Shown here piece after piece: positions 1 to 12,899 of a stretch of DNA of 64,000 bases. The translations under genes and the position numbers were made by a program. The notes beneath the pieces were generated by a model. The model was not told the origin of the DNA, ran no database searches, and saw only the letters and a program-made list of their open reading frames with translations. This DNA comes from Daphnia carinata (lineage: Eukaryota). Positions within the stretch are counted from its first letter, which is position 1. Each line of letters begins with the position of its first letter. Location of the stretch: assembly GCF_022539665.2 (NCBI RefSeq), contig NC_081333.1, positions 13,020,001 through 13,084,000 on the forward strand. The letters are read 5' to 3'.

Positions 1-2597
1 AACTCCCGCCATCCCCCACCCCAAAAAGGAAAATGAAATTAAATTAAATATCAAGTTGTAATTGCTTGCATTTCGAATTTCCTTCTGCACATGCTGCCTC
101 GGTGTCCCGGTGATGATCTGATATCAGTTGAGTCCTAGCATTCGGACAGATAAGAACAGGATGTCCGTGTAAAGTAGGTCAATCACGGACATCGTAGCTT
201 GGTTCGAGAGGTGACATTTTTGCTTGTAGTTGGTGTTCTTTTTCATTCACGTTCAGTTCAGTGCCAACTCCTCTGGACACCAGACATCGAAGGCGCTTAC
301 AATTCACTGTGTTTACTTACCTAAGTATAAAGTGTCAAGCGAACTTTTAGTTTCATCGCCCATTTTCAACTGACAAAAAGGTTCATTTTTCTTGTAAGAC
401 ATTTGATGTTGGTCGGTGTACAATTTTTCCATTAAATATCACCAAACTATACATGTTCATGTTACACAATGCAGAAAGTACAGCATAACCAAGCCTCTAA
501 AATGAGTGAAGAAATCAAGACCCTGAGTGATAAACAACTTTTTTGGAAAACCCTTTTTGAAACCAAAAAATTGGCTGCCCAGCTGAGCTCCATGGTGACG
601 AGTCACGTTAATGGCGTCACCTACGATGACATACCCCAGTACGGAAAAGTGCACGTCGTGGCTCAATCTGGCTCAAATTTAGGTGACAATTTCCAGAGCG
701 ACACGTTCATTGTGACTGCACGGCTGTTGCAAGGCCAACACTTGAGTACTTTCATCAAGGTATTGATTTACCTATTCACTTGCCATTTCAAAAGTTCACG
801 TTTTGTTTTCAACAGGTACTGCCATCGAATTCCTTTCTGCGCCAAGCTGTGGACGAGTCTCGTGTCCATCAACGCGAGATCAACATGTACCAACATTTTT
901 TCGCTCTCCTGCGAGAGATGCATGCCGACCAACCGATTCCCTTGGACATCCCAGATTGTTACTACACCCATCTGGAGGAAGTTGTCAAGGGCGAGACGGA
1001 CGGATCGAATACTTGCATCGTACTTGAAGACTTGAAAACAGAGAATTATCGCATGGTGGATATAACAGGAGGACTCGATTATCGTCATTGCCACATGGCT
1101 CTGACATCGCTAGCTCATTATCACGCTCAAACGCTAAATGCATTGAGAACTTGGAAAGACTTGTCCACAGGAGAGTTATCCAAGGTGCCACCTGCAGCAA
1201 AATTTATTTTTGATGAAATGTCCATGTTTGACATGGGTATCACCCATGCCCTTCAGAATTTTGCCACCACTGTCGTCGATTTTGCTAAACCAGTTAACCG
1301 ACCTGATGTAAGTATAGCTATTTGTTTAGATATTTTTAGTATTTGACTGTTCTTAGCCATTGAATTTTACAGCTCTATTGTTGTTTAATCATTAACAGTT
1401 AGTCGAGTGGTTGACGGATCTTCAGCAACGGCTACCGGAGATCATGTTAGTCGACAATTTGGAGAGCAGCGGTCCATTGGCTTGCATTCTTCATGGGGAT
1501 TTCTGGAACAACAACATGCTGTTCAAATACGCAGAGCAGTCGGATCGCCCTGAAGATGGAAATAAAGAGAATGCACCAGCAGACATTCCTGTTTCGTTGA
1601 AAATGCTCGACTTTCAGCAATCGAGGATAGGCCATCCTCTCAGCGATGTGCTTTACTTCATGTACACGAGCACAATGCCCGAGTTGAGGGAATGTCACAT
1701 GCTCGATTTGCTTCGCCATTATTTCGATACGTTGACGACTGATTTGCTAGTTCTCGGCATTTCACTCGACAACTACACCTGGGAAAATTTTATGGAAGAC
1801 TACAAGAAAAGATCCTTGATGTGGATGTTTGCTGGCGTCTTGATGATTACCATGACCCAAAACAAGCAAGCCGCTTCCACTTTACAAGACATGGATGAGG
1901 CAGAACAAAAGAAAGGTCCTACATCAGGTACAGCAAATCGTTCCTTAAATATGATTACTGTTGTAATTATGATAAAATTTCGTATTGGTGGCTGTTTGAT
2001 TATTTTAATTTCTATACATTTCATATTTCGGCAAACGTGTAGATACGGCGGTGGAACCAGTGAAGGGCGAAAGTGGATTGAGCCTCGAAATGGAGGAAAA
2101 GATGAAGAACATGATGGCGACTCAGGCATTGCGTGCTAGTTCGGCTTTGTCGGACCGAATCCTTAAACTGATCATGGAAGTGAAGGCCTTAAATGATTCA
2201 TAAAATGCAGCAGCAGTAATCAATGCATCCTGTTTTAAACAGGAGGTTGATTACATTCATTTAATTTATTGCCCAGTTGCTAGAACGCTTCCATACTTGT
2301 TTATGTGGAACTGCACCGGCCAACGAGTTCAAAGTGTAACACCAGATCGTCAAGGACAAGATGATATCGATTCCCTCTCGCCACACAAACACACCTACAT
2401 GCAAAACACATAAATCACCTTGTGGTGCAATAGACAGGGAGCAATCTTACCAATAGAATAACAACTGGCTGATATGCCCAAGCTTATTTTGAAACAAAAC
2501 ACACAAATGTGTGGGAAACAAGTCGAAACCAAAAAGCTTTTCTATTATCTGGCTGCACTTGAGTTGAGGTAAACAGCTTATCAATAAAAACTGCTGA
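1..2597. repeat. Segmental tandem duplication, near-identical to 8872-11472
   Basis: Position 1 'aactcccgccatccccc' recurs at 8872. Similarity continues through the EcKL gene to 'aaaaactgctga' (2597 and 11472). Confidence 0.95.
502..2203 (+). CDS. Ecdysteroid kinase-like (EcKL/DUF227, choline-kinase-like fold) protein, copy 1; 4 exons
   Basis: Exons 502-759, 816-1307, 1399-1927 and 2043-2203 join in frame through GT-AG introns (alternative upstream ATG at 469). Motifs: GDNFQSD, LEDLK, LAHYHA, HGDFWNNNMLF, LDFQ. Confidence 0.88.
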
Positions 2598-3757
2598 ACG
2601 TGCACTAAAATTGACGAAACAATGAGTCGTAACTCGAAGCAAACGTCAAGTTTGTTTGCTTCAGCTAAAAACACCAACTCTCCCCGTGAGATGGAGAAAG
2701 TGAGATAAATCGCTTTCTGATATTTAAGATTTAGTAATATTGGTCATTATGGCCAATAAGCCAGAAAAATGCGAGAATTGAGTAAGCATTAAAGATCGAT
2801 GATTTTGAATGAGCTAACACTGCTATACCTGAATGTCATCACTAATAAATAGTATTCAATTCGACTGCGGCCGAAAAGAATAACTGAATGACGTTTGCAA
2901 GAGAAGTTTTTTTTATTAGCGACTTCACCGCGGTGCCCCGCCTTGAATGACATCTTTAATAAACTTGCCGCGCTAGTTATTCTCGATCTTCAACAGCTGT
3001 GTCTAAGGTAATCAGTTTTATTTGGACCGCATAGAAAGAGCGGGCAGACTGATGTTCATTTGTGCCAAGCCGATGGTACAATTTGTACGCGGCTTTTAGT
3101 ACGCATATTTTTAACGGGTTCAGCAAACATTCGTAATTTTAAATTGTTTGGTTGTTTTACCTTCTAACTAACCCCGCTAACAGCGCCAATAAATATAATT
3201 TAATAAATATAATTGTCGTCATAGAAATAACGTAGCCTACTATATATTCATAATATATTTAGATAAAAAGAAAAGAAGGGGGAAAGGCTTCAGAAAAGAT
3301 AATGAGAAATAATGCGATAAGGTATACGTATCGAAAGCGAACAGTGCATCAGGGCGCGATTAGTAAAGCTCTATGATAAAACATTTTATACGCAGCAACC
3401 ATTGAAAGAAACGATTGGAAAGGCACTATGAGCAAATTATTAATTCGATGCAACTCATTTGACAAGCTCTCGTCAACGAGAAAAAAAGTCTCGTTAAAAT
3501 AATGTGATGTGTAATTTTAAGGAGCAAATGAAAAAAACGTTATTGACATTTCACACGGATCAACAGGTATAGACAACGCGATAACAAATTATTATCTGCA
3601 TTGTACTCGTAAGCTATATTTTGTGCTTTACAGGTAAACTGATAAATTCAAAACGATTTCGGATTGCAAGTGAAGGTTCTTCAGTGCAAACGCTATTTCC
3701 CAATAGAAGCTCGTACAAGTTCTTGTCTCGCTAGCCTCGAGTGCCTAAAAGCCTGAA

Positions 3758-6411
3758 ATGTCATCGACTACTGCCGTAAATGTAGATGGCATCCAATTCA
3801 ATCGCGACGACCTTTTGGGAAGTGGTGGCTTCGGTTCAGTGTATCGAGGTAAATATAAAAATCAAAGTATAGCAGTAAAAAGAATTCTGAAGATAAATGG
3901 CAAAGATCAAGTAGCTGACAACGAGCTAAATAATCTGAAGCAGTTAGACCATCCCAATATAGTTAAACTACTTCACTCGGCAAGTGATGTCGACTTCAAG
4001 TAAGATTATTTACGTGTTTAACTTTGAATTAAGCTGAGAATTTCCATACGATTTCTGCGATTCAGTTATTTGGCTTTGGAATTGTGCGACGCATCATTGG
4101 ATCAGGTGTTCCTAAATGAGGACGATTCTCGGAGATATAAAGGACCTGCATTACCAAATAATTTCGAGGTTTTCTCCCAATTAGCCTCCGGTCTCGATTA
4201 CATTCATTCAAAGAATGTAATCCATCGGGACATTAAACCGGGCAATATTCTCATTTCTGTGAAACATACTGACCAAGGAGAAGAGATAACGATCAAGTGG
4301 GCTGATTTTGGATTGTCACGAGAAGTGAGTGAACGCGGAACATTCACAATGAGTGGAGTCAAAGGGACTCAAATTTGGTTCTCTCCCGAAGAGATGGAAA
4401 TTATAGGCGGAAACCTACGCATCGAAGAAACGAGAGGCTCCATCCAAAGCGACGTATACGCAGAAGGCCTCGTCTTCGGTTATATTCTTTTGAAAGGAAA
4501 ACATATCTATGGCGAAAATGATATAGAAAGTGGAAAAAACATCATGAAAAACAAACCAGTCAATATGAATAGTAAGTTAGCTCTTGAGGCAGATCATATA
4601 ACATAAGCATATTAATTAAATGTTTAAAATTTAAAATATAATAGAAATTCATCACAGGCATTTAGCCCGTAACTTAATAGAACAAATGCTGATCAAGACA
4701 CCTTACGAAAGAATTACATCCAAACAAGTTGTTGATCAACTTCAATCCATAAAAATCAAAGTAAAGAAATTACACAAGTTTAACAACATCTTCGTCAATG
4801 AAATTCGGGTTCTAACAAAAGTTTTCCATTTAGCTTACGGAAGGAGAAAAAAATCTGCATCGGTTGTGTGCAGATCAACGTCCAACGCCAAATTTAAGCA
4901 TATTAGAACAATGGCTATTCGAATATGCAAGAGATTTAAGGAATGATATCAAATCTTTAATGCAACTCGGTATCGACGTAAACGCAAAGAACGAAGATGG
5001 ATGGAATGCGCTTCATCTTTTGTGTCGATTCAATTCAAGCCAAAACTTAATCGATGCGATTAAACTCTTAGTCGAACTCGGCATCGACCAAAACGCAAAA
5101 ACCAACCAGGGATCCAGCGCCCTTCATTTTTTGTGTCGATACAGTTCAAGCCCACACTTAATCGATGCGATTGAACTCTTGATCCAACTCGGCATCGACA
5201 TAAACGCAAAGGACAACAATGGATTGAATGCGCTTCATCTGTTATGTCGATTCAGTTCAAGCCCACACTTAATCGATGCGATTAAACTCTTGATCGAACT
5301 CGGCATCGACAAAAACGCAAAAACCAAAGATGGATCCAATGCACTTCATCGTCTGTGTTCTAACAATTCAAGCCCACATTTAATCGATGCGATTGAACTC
5401 TTGATCCAACTCGGCATCGACCTAAACGCAAAGGACAACGAAGGGTCGAATGCGCTTCATCTTTTGTGTTTTATCAGTTCAAGCCCACACTTAATCGATG
5501 CGATTAAACTCTTGATCGAACTCGGCATCGACAAAAACGCAAAAACCAAAAATGGATCCAATGCACTTCATCTTCTGTGTCCTTACAATTCAAGCCCACA
5601 TTTAATCGATGCGATTGAACTCTTGATCCAACTCGGCATCGACCTAAACGCAAAGGACAACAATGGATTGAATGCGCTTCATCTTTTGTGTTTTATCAAT
5701 TCAAGCCCACACTTAATCGATGCGATTAAAGTCTTGATCGAACTCGGCATCGACCAAAACGCAAAAACCAATGCTGGAATGAATGCGCTTCATTTTTTGT
5801 GTCTTAAAAATTCAAGCCCCCACTTAATCGATGCCATTGAACTCTTGATCCAACTCGGCATCGACCTAAACGCAAAGGACAACAATGGATTGAATGCGCT
5901 TCATGCTTTGTGTTCTCACAATTCAAGCCCACACTTAATCGATGCGATTAAACTCTTGATCCAACTCGGCATCGACCTAAACGCAAAGGACAACAATGGA
6001 TTGAATGCGCTTCATGCTTTGTGTTCTCACAATTCAAGCCCACACTTAATCGATGCGATTAAACTCTTGATCCAACTCGGCATCGACCTAAACGCAAAGG
6101 ACAACAAAGGGTCGAATGCGCTTCATCTTTTCTGTTATTTCAGTTCAAGCCCACACTTAATCGATGCGATTAAACTCTTGGTCGAACTCGGCATCGACAA
6201 GGAGACAAAAACCAATGCTGGATTGAATGCGCTTCATGTTTTGTGTCGATTCAATTCAAGCCCACACTTAATCGATGCGATTAAACTCTTGATTGAACTC
6301 GGCATCGACAAAAACGCAAAGACTTACTTTAGATGGAATGCACTCGACTTGTGTCGGCGTAATAAAAATCTTGCAAATTGCAACGTGGACGAAATCTTTG
6401 AAACCGTATGA
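3758..6411 (+). CDS. IRE1-like Ser/Thr kinase fused to 12 ankyrin repeats of 37 aa plus a C-terminal cap (kinase-ANK copy 1)
   Basis: Exons 3758-3999, 4066-4571, 4645-4760 and 4834-6411 join in frame. Kinase motifs are intact: GSGGFGSV, AVK, HRDIKPGN, DFG, SPE. The segments ALELCDASL and GYILLKGKHIYG resemble IRE1-family kinases. Confidence 0.88.
5005..6336 (+). repeat. Coding tandem repeat, 12 x 111 bp ankyrin units
   Basis: First NALH codon at 5005 and cap NALD at 6337; the 1332-bp difference equals 12 x 111. Confidence 0.95.
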
Positions 6412-9372
6412 ATTTTAAAAAATGTTAAGGCTGTTCAGAAGAAGAACATACTAAAATAAATTCAAACAAAATTCCCCAGCATGTTGCAAGAAATGGGATT
6501 CGCGGAAAAATACATCCAACTACATAAATTGTTCAATCGCAAAGAGTATTTATTTCTAATTGAAATGCGACGCATTTATGTTAAATAAATTAAAATTCGA
6601 AAAAAATAAGGTAGGCCTACTGGTCAATGGGCTACCTCAGTACGTACCACGCATCACATTAGCTAGAACCTGGTTAAAACGTGCTTTCTAACACAAATGA
6701 AATGGAAGTGTGCGCGAAAACGTAACGAAAACAAATTGATCCCTTTCTTTTAGTAATCACGTCCTTGATAAGGAATCAACTAGTTCTTCCGGTCCAAGAA
6801 AACATATTAGGCGCGCAAAATTACCGAGGAGGGCAGACTTTACAGGGAGGATAAGCGTCAAACTTCAACATCAAACATAATTCTAATTCAAATTTGTCAA
6901 AGTAAAATTAGGTGTTTCAAAGGAAACCGACTCAACTTTGTTTTAAATCTAATTACATGATACAGAGTACAACGAAAGGGGAAAGCGCTCCACATTCAGT
7001 GTCAAACCGATCGAGCGGAAGCTTGAGCTTTGTGATCGCCATGTTCATAGTGAATAAGTGTGAAATGAACTTAAAAAAGCTCATATCATATTTTTAACAA
7101 ATTGAGCAAGACTAAAATTAATGACTGTTGCGCGTTGGCATCAACTTAAGGTGAAAGTGTAAATACATAAAATCTGAATTCCATAACGAATCGTTTCACT
7201 CGCCCACCTCATTGAAAACCACGGAATATGCACGTTACCATTTGAGTATCCTAATTTCATTTCTCTTGAAATATAATTCAAAGCAAAGTGCTGCAAACGT
7301 CAAGTGAGTATTAACTGCTAGATGCAGTTGGTTATAGAGTGGTGAAAAGGACACTATGGATGATAGCTCTTGGCTTCGTCACGATTGAATAAACCTTCAC
7401 TTAAAATATTTGTTTGCAAAATTCCGAGGAAAACGCACACCAATGAAAAAAGGTAATTCAATCCTCCATACAATCTAATGGGCGCGTCCAGCTCTAAAGC
7501 TTTATAAAAAATAAAACCCGAAAATGAAAACTAACCTGGAAATGCAACACGTAGTCTTCATCGAAAGACAGCAATCTGCTGGACATGACACACACTTTTA
7601 GACTCTCCGCTTTAGGATTGACCATTGGCCGGTTTCAAAACCACGTTTGCCAGTTTCATCACCACGACGCGCTTCATTCGCAACAAACTGAGCAAAAAAG
7701 AAACAAATAAAAAAATCATCATTTACGAAAAAAGTACGGCAATGTAAACATTTAGCTCAATACTATAGACTAAGAAATGATTGCAGGTGATTCATTATTT
7801 CTAAGACATTCTCCATTGCACCAAACACATGTTGCAAGCAATATTGATCCAAAATGTCCAAGTTTCTTATGACGGCCATGAATCGAAAAGTATTGAAATT
7901 GACCATCGTGCAAGCATAGTCAAATAATCCAAACTCTGCCTTAGATACAACTGTATTTACGACAGAAATGTAAAGTTTTGACTACGTTTCAGTAGACTAG
8001 TATTGTCTAAACAAATTTACGTCACTGATTGCATGACAAATATTCTAACCTGCTTTTATGTCCTGCAAAGAAAAGGTGGCAACGCTCTCACATACTAACG
8101 AAGAAGCAAAAGGAAAAGGTGCACGTTCATGGGACTTAACTTACCACTGCACATTGTGGCACTCCACCAGACCAGAGACTAAAGCAGAAGGCACTGATCC
8201 CTACTACGGGCTCGGTAGACATGCTCAGTCTTGCCGGTGGTGGCGCGCGGAACTTATACCCGCCGTTTGTTGCGGGGGAGGGTGGGAGAGAAACATTACA
8301 AGGACACTGTAAGGTCTCATTAGCAAAAATTTGGAAAATTCAAAAAGACAAAGATGATAAATAATAGACGAAAGGAAAACATGGGTTACAGAGAACTCTG
8401 CTCGATTTGAAAAGGAAACAGGCAATTTATTGTTAAAGATAACAAAACTTACCAGGTTCATTGAACCATCGTTGAGCTATTGTTCCATAGGCGGGAGAAC
8501 TCGTGTCTCATTGCCTTTTGTCCCTGAGCAAGCCAGCGTGGTTTTACTTCCCGTACTTCTAGCGCCAATGGTGAGAAGGCGGGTGTGTTATAAACATGTG
8601 CAGTGAAACGCAAATACTATGTCATTCCATTTTCTTTATCCGATATCATAAATTTTTCTTGTCTAGTAGTACACTTATTTTAAACAAAACATTTCTAAAA
8701 TAAAATTTTTTTAACATTTTGAATAATGCATTCCAAAACGAAAATAGTCTTCCAATGATTGTATCGATTCTTACACGATCAATCAGCGAAATCGGTACAC
8801 GTGCTCGACGAAAAGTAGGAGGGATGGCTTTCTCTCAGTGTGTGCAACAAGATGTCTGTGACAATACGTTAAACTCCCGCCATCCCCCACCCCAAAAAGG
8901 AAAATGAAATTAAATTAAATATCAAGTTGTAATTGCTTGCATTTCGAATTTCCTTCTGCACATGCTGCCTCGGTGTCCCAGTGATGATCTGAATTCAGTT
9001 GAGTCCTAGTATTCGGACAGATAAGAACAGGATGTCCGTGTAAAGTAGGTCAATCACGGACATCGTAGCTTGGTTCGAGAGGTGACATTTTTGCTTGTAG
9101 TTGGTGTTCTTTTTCATTCACGTTCAGTTCAGTGCCAACTCCTCTGGACACCAGACATCGAAGACGCTTACAATTCACTGTGTTTACTTACCTAAGTATA
9201 AAGTGTCAAGCGAACTTTTAGTTTCATCGCCCATTTTCAACTGACAAAAAGGTTCATTTTTCTTGTAAGACATTTGATGTTGGTCGGTGTACAATTTTTC
9301 CATTAAATATCACCAAACTATACATGTTCATGTTACACAATGCAGAAAGTACAGCATAACCAAGCCTCTAAA

Positions 9373-11077
9373 ATGAGTGGAGAAATCAAGACCCTGGGTG
9401 ATAAACAACTTTTTTGGAAAACCCTTTTTGAAACCAAAAAATTGGCTGCCCAGCTGGCCTCCATCGTGACGAATCACGTTAATGGCGTCACCTATGATGA
9501 CTTGCCCCAGTATGGAAACGTACACGTCGTGGCTCAATCTGGCTCAAATTTAGGTGACAATTTCCAACGCGACACGTTCATTGTGTCTGCACGGCTGTTG
9601 CAAGGCCAACACTTGAGTACTTTCATCAAGGTATTGATTTACCTATGCACTTAACATTTCGAAATTTTACGCTGTTTTGTTTTCAACAGGTACTGCCGTC
9701 GAATTCCTTTCTGCGCCAAGCTGTGGACGGGTCTCGTGTCCATCAACGCGAGATCAACATGTACCAACATTTTTTCGCTCTCCTGCGAGAGATGCATGCC
9801 GACCAACCGATTCCCTTGGACATCCCAGATTGTTACTACACCCATCTGGAGGAAGTTGTCAAGGGCGAGACGGACGGATCGAATACTTGCATCGTACTTG
9901 AAGACTTGAAAACAGAGAATTATCGCATGGTGGATATAACAGGAGGACTTGATTATCGTCATTGCCACATGGCTCTGACATCGCTAGCTCATTATCACGC
10001 TCAAACGCTAAATGCATTGAGAACTTGGAAAGACTCGTCCACAGGAGAGTTATCCAAGGTGCCACTTGCTGCAAAATTTATTTTTGATGAAATGTCCATG
10101 TTTGACATGGGTATCACCCATGCCCTTCAGAATTTTGCCACCACTGTCGTCGATTTTGCCAAACCAGTTAACCGACCTGATGTAAGTATAGCTATTTGTT
10201 TAGATATTTTTTGTATTTGACTGTGCTTAGCCATTGAATTTTACAGCTCCATTGTTGTTCAATCATTAACAGTTAGTCGAGTGGTTGACGGATCTTCAGC
10301 AACGGCTACCGGAGATCATGTTAGTCGACAATGTAGAGACCAGTGGTCCACTGGCTTGCATCCTTCACGGAGATTTTTGGAACAACAACATGCTGTTCAA
10401 ATACGCAGAGCAGACGGATCGCCCCGAAGATAGGACAACGAACGAAACTGCATCCGTAAACATTCCTGTTTCGTTAAAAATGCTCGATTTTCAGCAATCG
10501 AGGATAGGCCATCCACTCAGCGATGTGCTTTACTTCATGTACACGAGTACAATGCCAGAGTTGAGGGAGCAACACATGCTCGTCTTGCTTCGTCATTATT
10601 TCGATACGTTGACGACTGATTTGCTATTTCTCGGCGTTTCACTCGACAACTACACGTGGGAAAATTTTATGGAAGACTACAAGAAAAGATCCTTGATGTG
10701 GATGTTTGCTGGTGTCTTGATGATTACCATGACCCAAAACAAGCAAGCCGCTTCCACTTTACAAGACATGGATGAGGCAGAACAAAAGAAAGGTCCTACA
10801 TCAGGTACAGCAAATTGTTCCTTAAAATATGATTACTATTGTAATTATGATAAAAATTAGTATTGGTGGCAGTTTGATTATTTAATTTCTATACCTTTCA
10901 TATTTTGGCAAACGTGTAGATACGGACGTGGAACCAATGAAGGATGAAAGTGGATTGAACCTCGAAATGGAGGAAAAGATGAAGAACATGATGGCGACTC
11001 AGGCATTGCGTGCTAGTTCGGTTTTGTCGGACCGAATCCTTAAACTGATGGAAGTGAAGGCTTTAAATGATTCATAA
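9373..11077 (+). CDS. EcKL protein, copy 2; 4 exons
   Basis: Exons 9373-9630, 9690-10181, 10273-10804 and 10920-11077 join in frame. Same motifs as copy 1, and near-identical to it over most of its length. Confidence 0.87.
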
Positions 11078-11471
11078 AATGCAGCAGCAGTAATCAATGC
11101 ATCCTGTTTTAAATAGGAGGTTGATTAAATTCGTGAGATTTATTGCCCAGTTGCTAGAACGCTTCCATACTTGTTTATGTGGAACTGCACCGGTCAACGA
11201 GTTCAAAGTGTAACACCAGATCATCAAGAACATGAGGATATCGATTCCCTCTCGCCCACACAAACACATCTACACGCAAAACACATTAATCACCTTGTGG
11301 TGCAATAGACAGCGAGCAATCTTACCAAGAGCATAACAACTGGCTGATATGCCCAAGCTTATTTTGAAACAAAACACACAAATGTGTGGGAAACAAGTCG
11401 AAACCAAAAAGCTTTTCTATTATCTGGCTGCACTTGACTTGAGGTAAACAGCTTATCAATAAAAACTGCTG

Positions 11472-12547
11472 ATCTTTTGTGTTATAACAATTCCAACCCC
11501 CACTTAATGGATGCGATTAAACTCTTGATCGAACTGGACATCGACAAGGATGCAAAAACCAACGGTGGATCCAATGCACTTCATCTTTTGTGTTATAACA
11601 ATTCAAGCCAACACTTAATTGATGCGATTAAACTCTTGATCGAACTGGGCATCGACAAGGATGCAAAAACCAATACTGGATTGAATGCGCTTCATCTTTT
11701 GTGTCGAAACAATTCAAGCCTACACTTAATCGATGCGATTAAACTCTTGATCGAACTCGGCATCGACAAGGACGCTAAGGACAATGATGGATGGAATGCG
11801 CTTCATATTTTGTGTTATTACAATTCCAACCCACACTTAAACGATGCGATTAAACTCTTGATCGAACTGGGCATCGACAAGGATGCAAAAACCAACGCTG
11901 GATCCAATGCACTTCATCTTTTGTGTTATAACAATTCCAACCCACACTTAATAGATGAGATTAAACTCTTGATCGAACTGGGCATCGACAAGGATGCAAA
12001 AACCAACGATGGATCCAATGCAATTCATCTTTTGTGTCGATACAATTCAAGCCAACACTTAAACGATGCGATTAAATTCTTGATCGAACTGGGCATCGAC
12101 AAGTATGCAAAAACCAACGATGGATCCAATGCAATTCATCTTTTGTGTCGATACAATTCAAGCCAACACTTAAACGATACGATTAAACTCTTGATCGAAC
12201 TGGGCATCGACAAGGATGCAAAAACCAACGATGGATCCAATGCACTTCATCTTTTGTGTTATAACAATTCAAGCCAACACTTAAACGATGCGATTAAACT
12301 CTTGATCGAACTCGGCATCGACAAGGACGCAAAAACCAACGCTGGATCCAATGCGCTTCATATTTTGTGTTCTAACAATTCAAGCCCACACTTAATTGAT
12401 GCAATTAAACTCTTGATCGAACTCGGCATCGACAAGGAGGCAAAGAATAAGAATGGATCAAATGCACTCGATTTGAGCCGGCTCAATACAAATTTCACAA
12501 ACTGCAACCTAGACGAAATCTTTAAATCGTATGAGGTGCACTTATAA
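11472..12547 (+). pseudogene. 5'-truncated kinase-ANK paralog: ankyrin exon remnant only (1 partial + 8 full repeats + cap)
   Basis: Intergenic sequence equivalent to 2597 is fused directly into the middle of a repeat ('aaaaactgctga|tcttttgtgt'). The upstream region, kinase exons and normal splice acceptor are missing. Confidence 0.8.
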
Positions 12548-12899
12548 CGATATTAAAGCTTTTCGCAAGATGGACAGGCAAACAGAACGCTACGTTGCAA
12601 CAAACGAGACTCTCGGCAAAGTACGGCTTATTATAGTTATTATAGACAGTGCAACGCACCACATCAGCTGGAGTATGAAGAAAACGAACCGTGTAACACA
12701 AGTGAATAAAAGAGTTTGAGGAAACGTAACGAAAAGTTCCGTAACTTGTCTGCGGAAAAACTATCTCTGTTTGCTGGGCCAACTGCAAAAAGAACGACCA
12801 CACGTCCATTAATACAACTCTGCTATCGTTGGAAAACTCTACTTTAGGAGAAACATGAGGCATCAGGTGAGTAATTGTATGCTATCTATATGGTCACAA

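Noticed and set aside
457..2129. Antisense ORFs over EcKL copies, repeated at 9.3-10.1 kb
   Set aside because: They recur only because the DNA is duplicated; there is no independent coding evidence.
5005..6336. TALE-like DNA-binding code (variable di-residue after LC)
   Set aside because: The repeats carry ankyrin hallmarks (GxNALH, LLIELGIDxNAK) and vary at several positions, not one di-residue. Nothing here supports nucleic-acid recognition, so it is kept only as an analogy.
6520..6727. ~208-bp segment present after kinase-ANK copy 1 but absent after copy 3, considered as a mobile element
   Set aside because: No TIRs, TSD or poly-A tail are visible, so it is treated as a simple indel.
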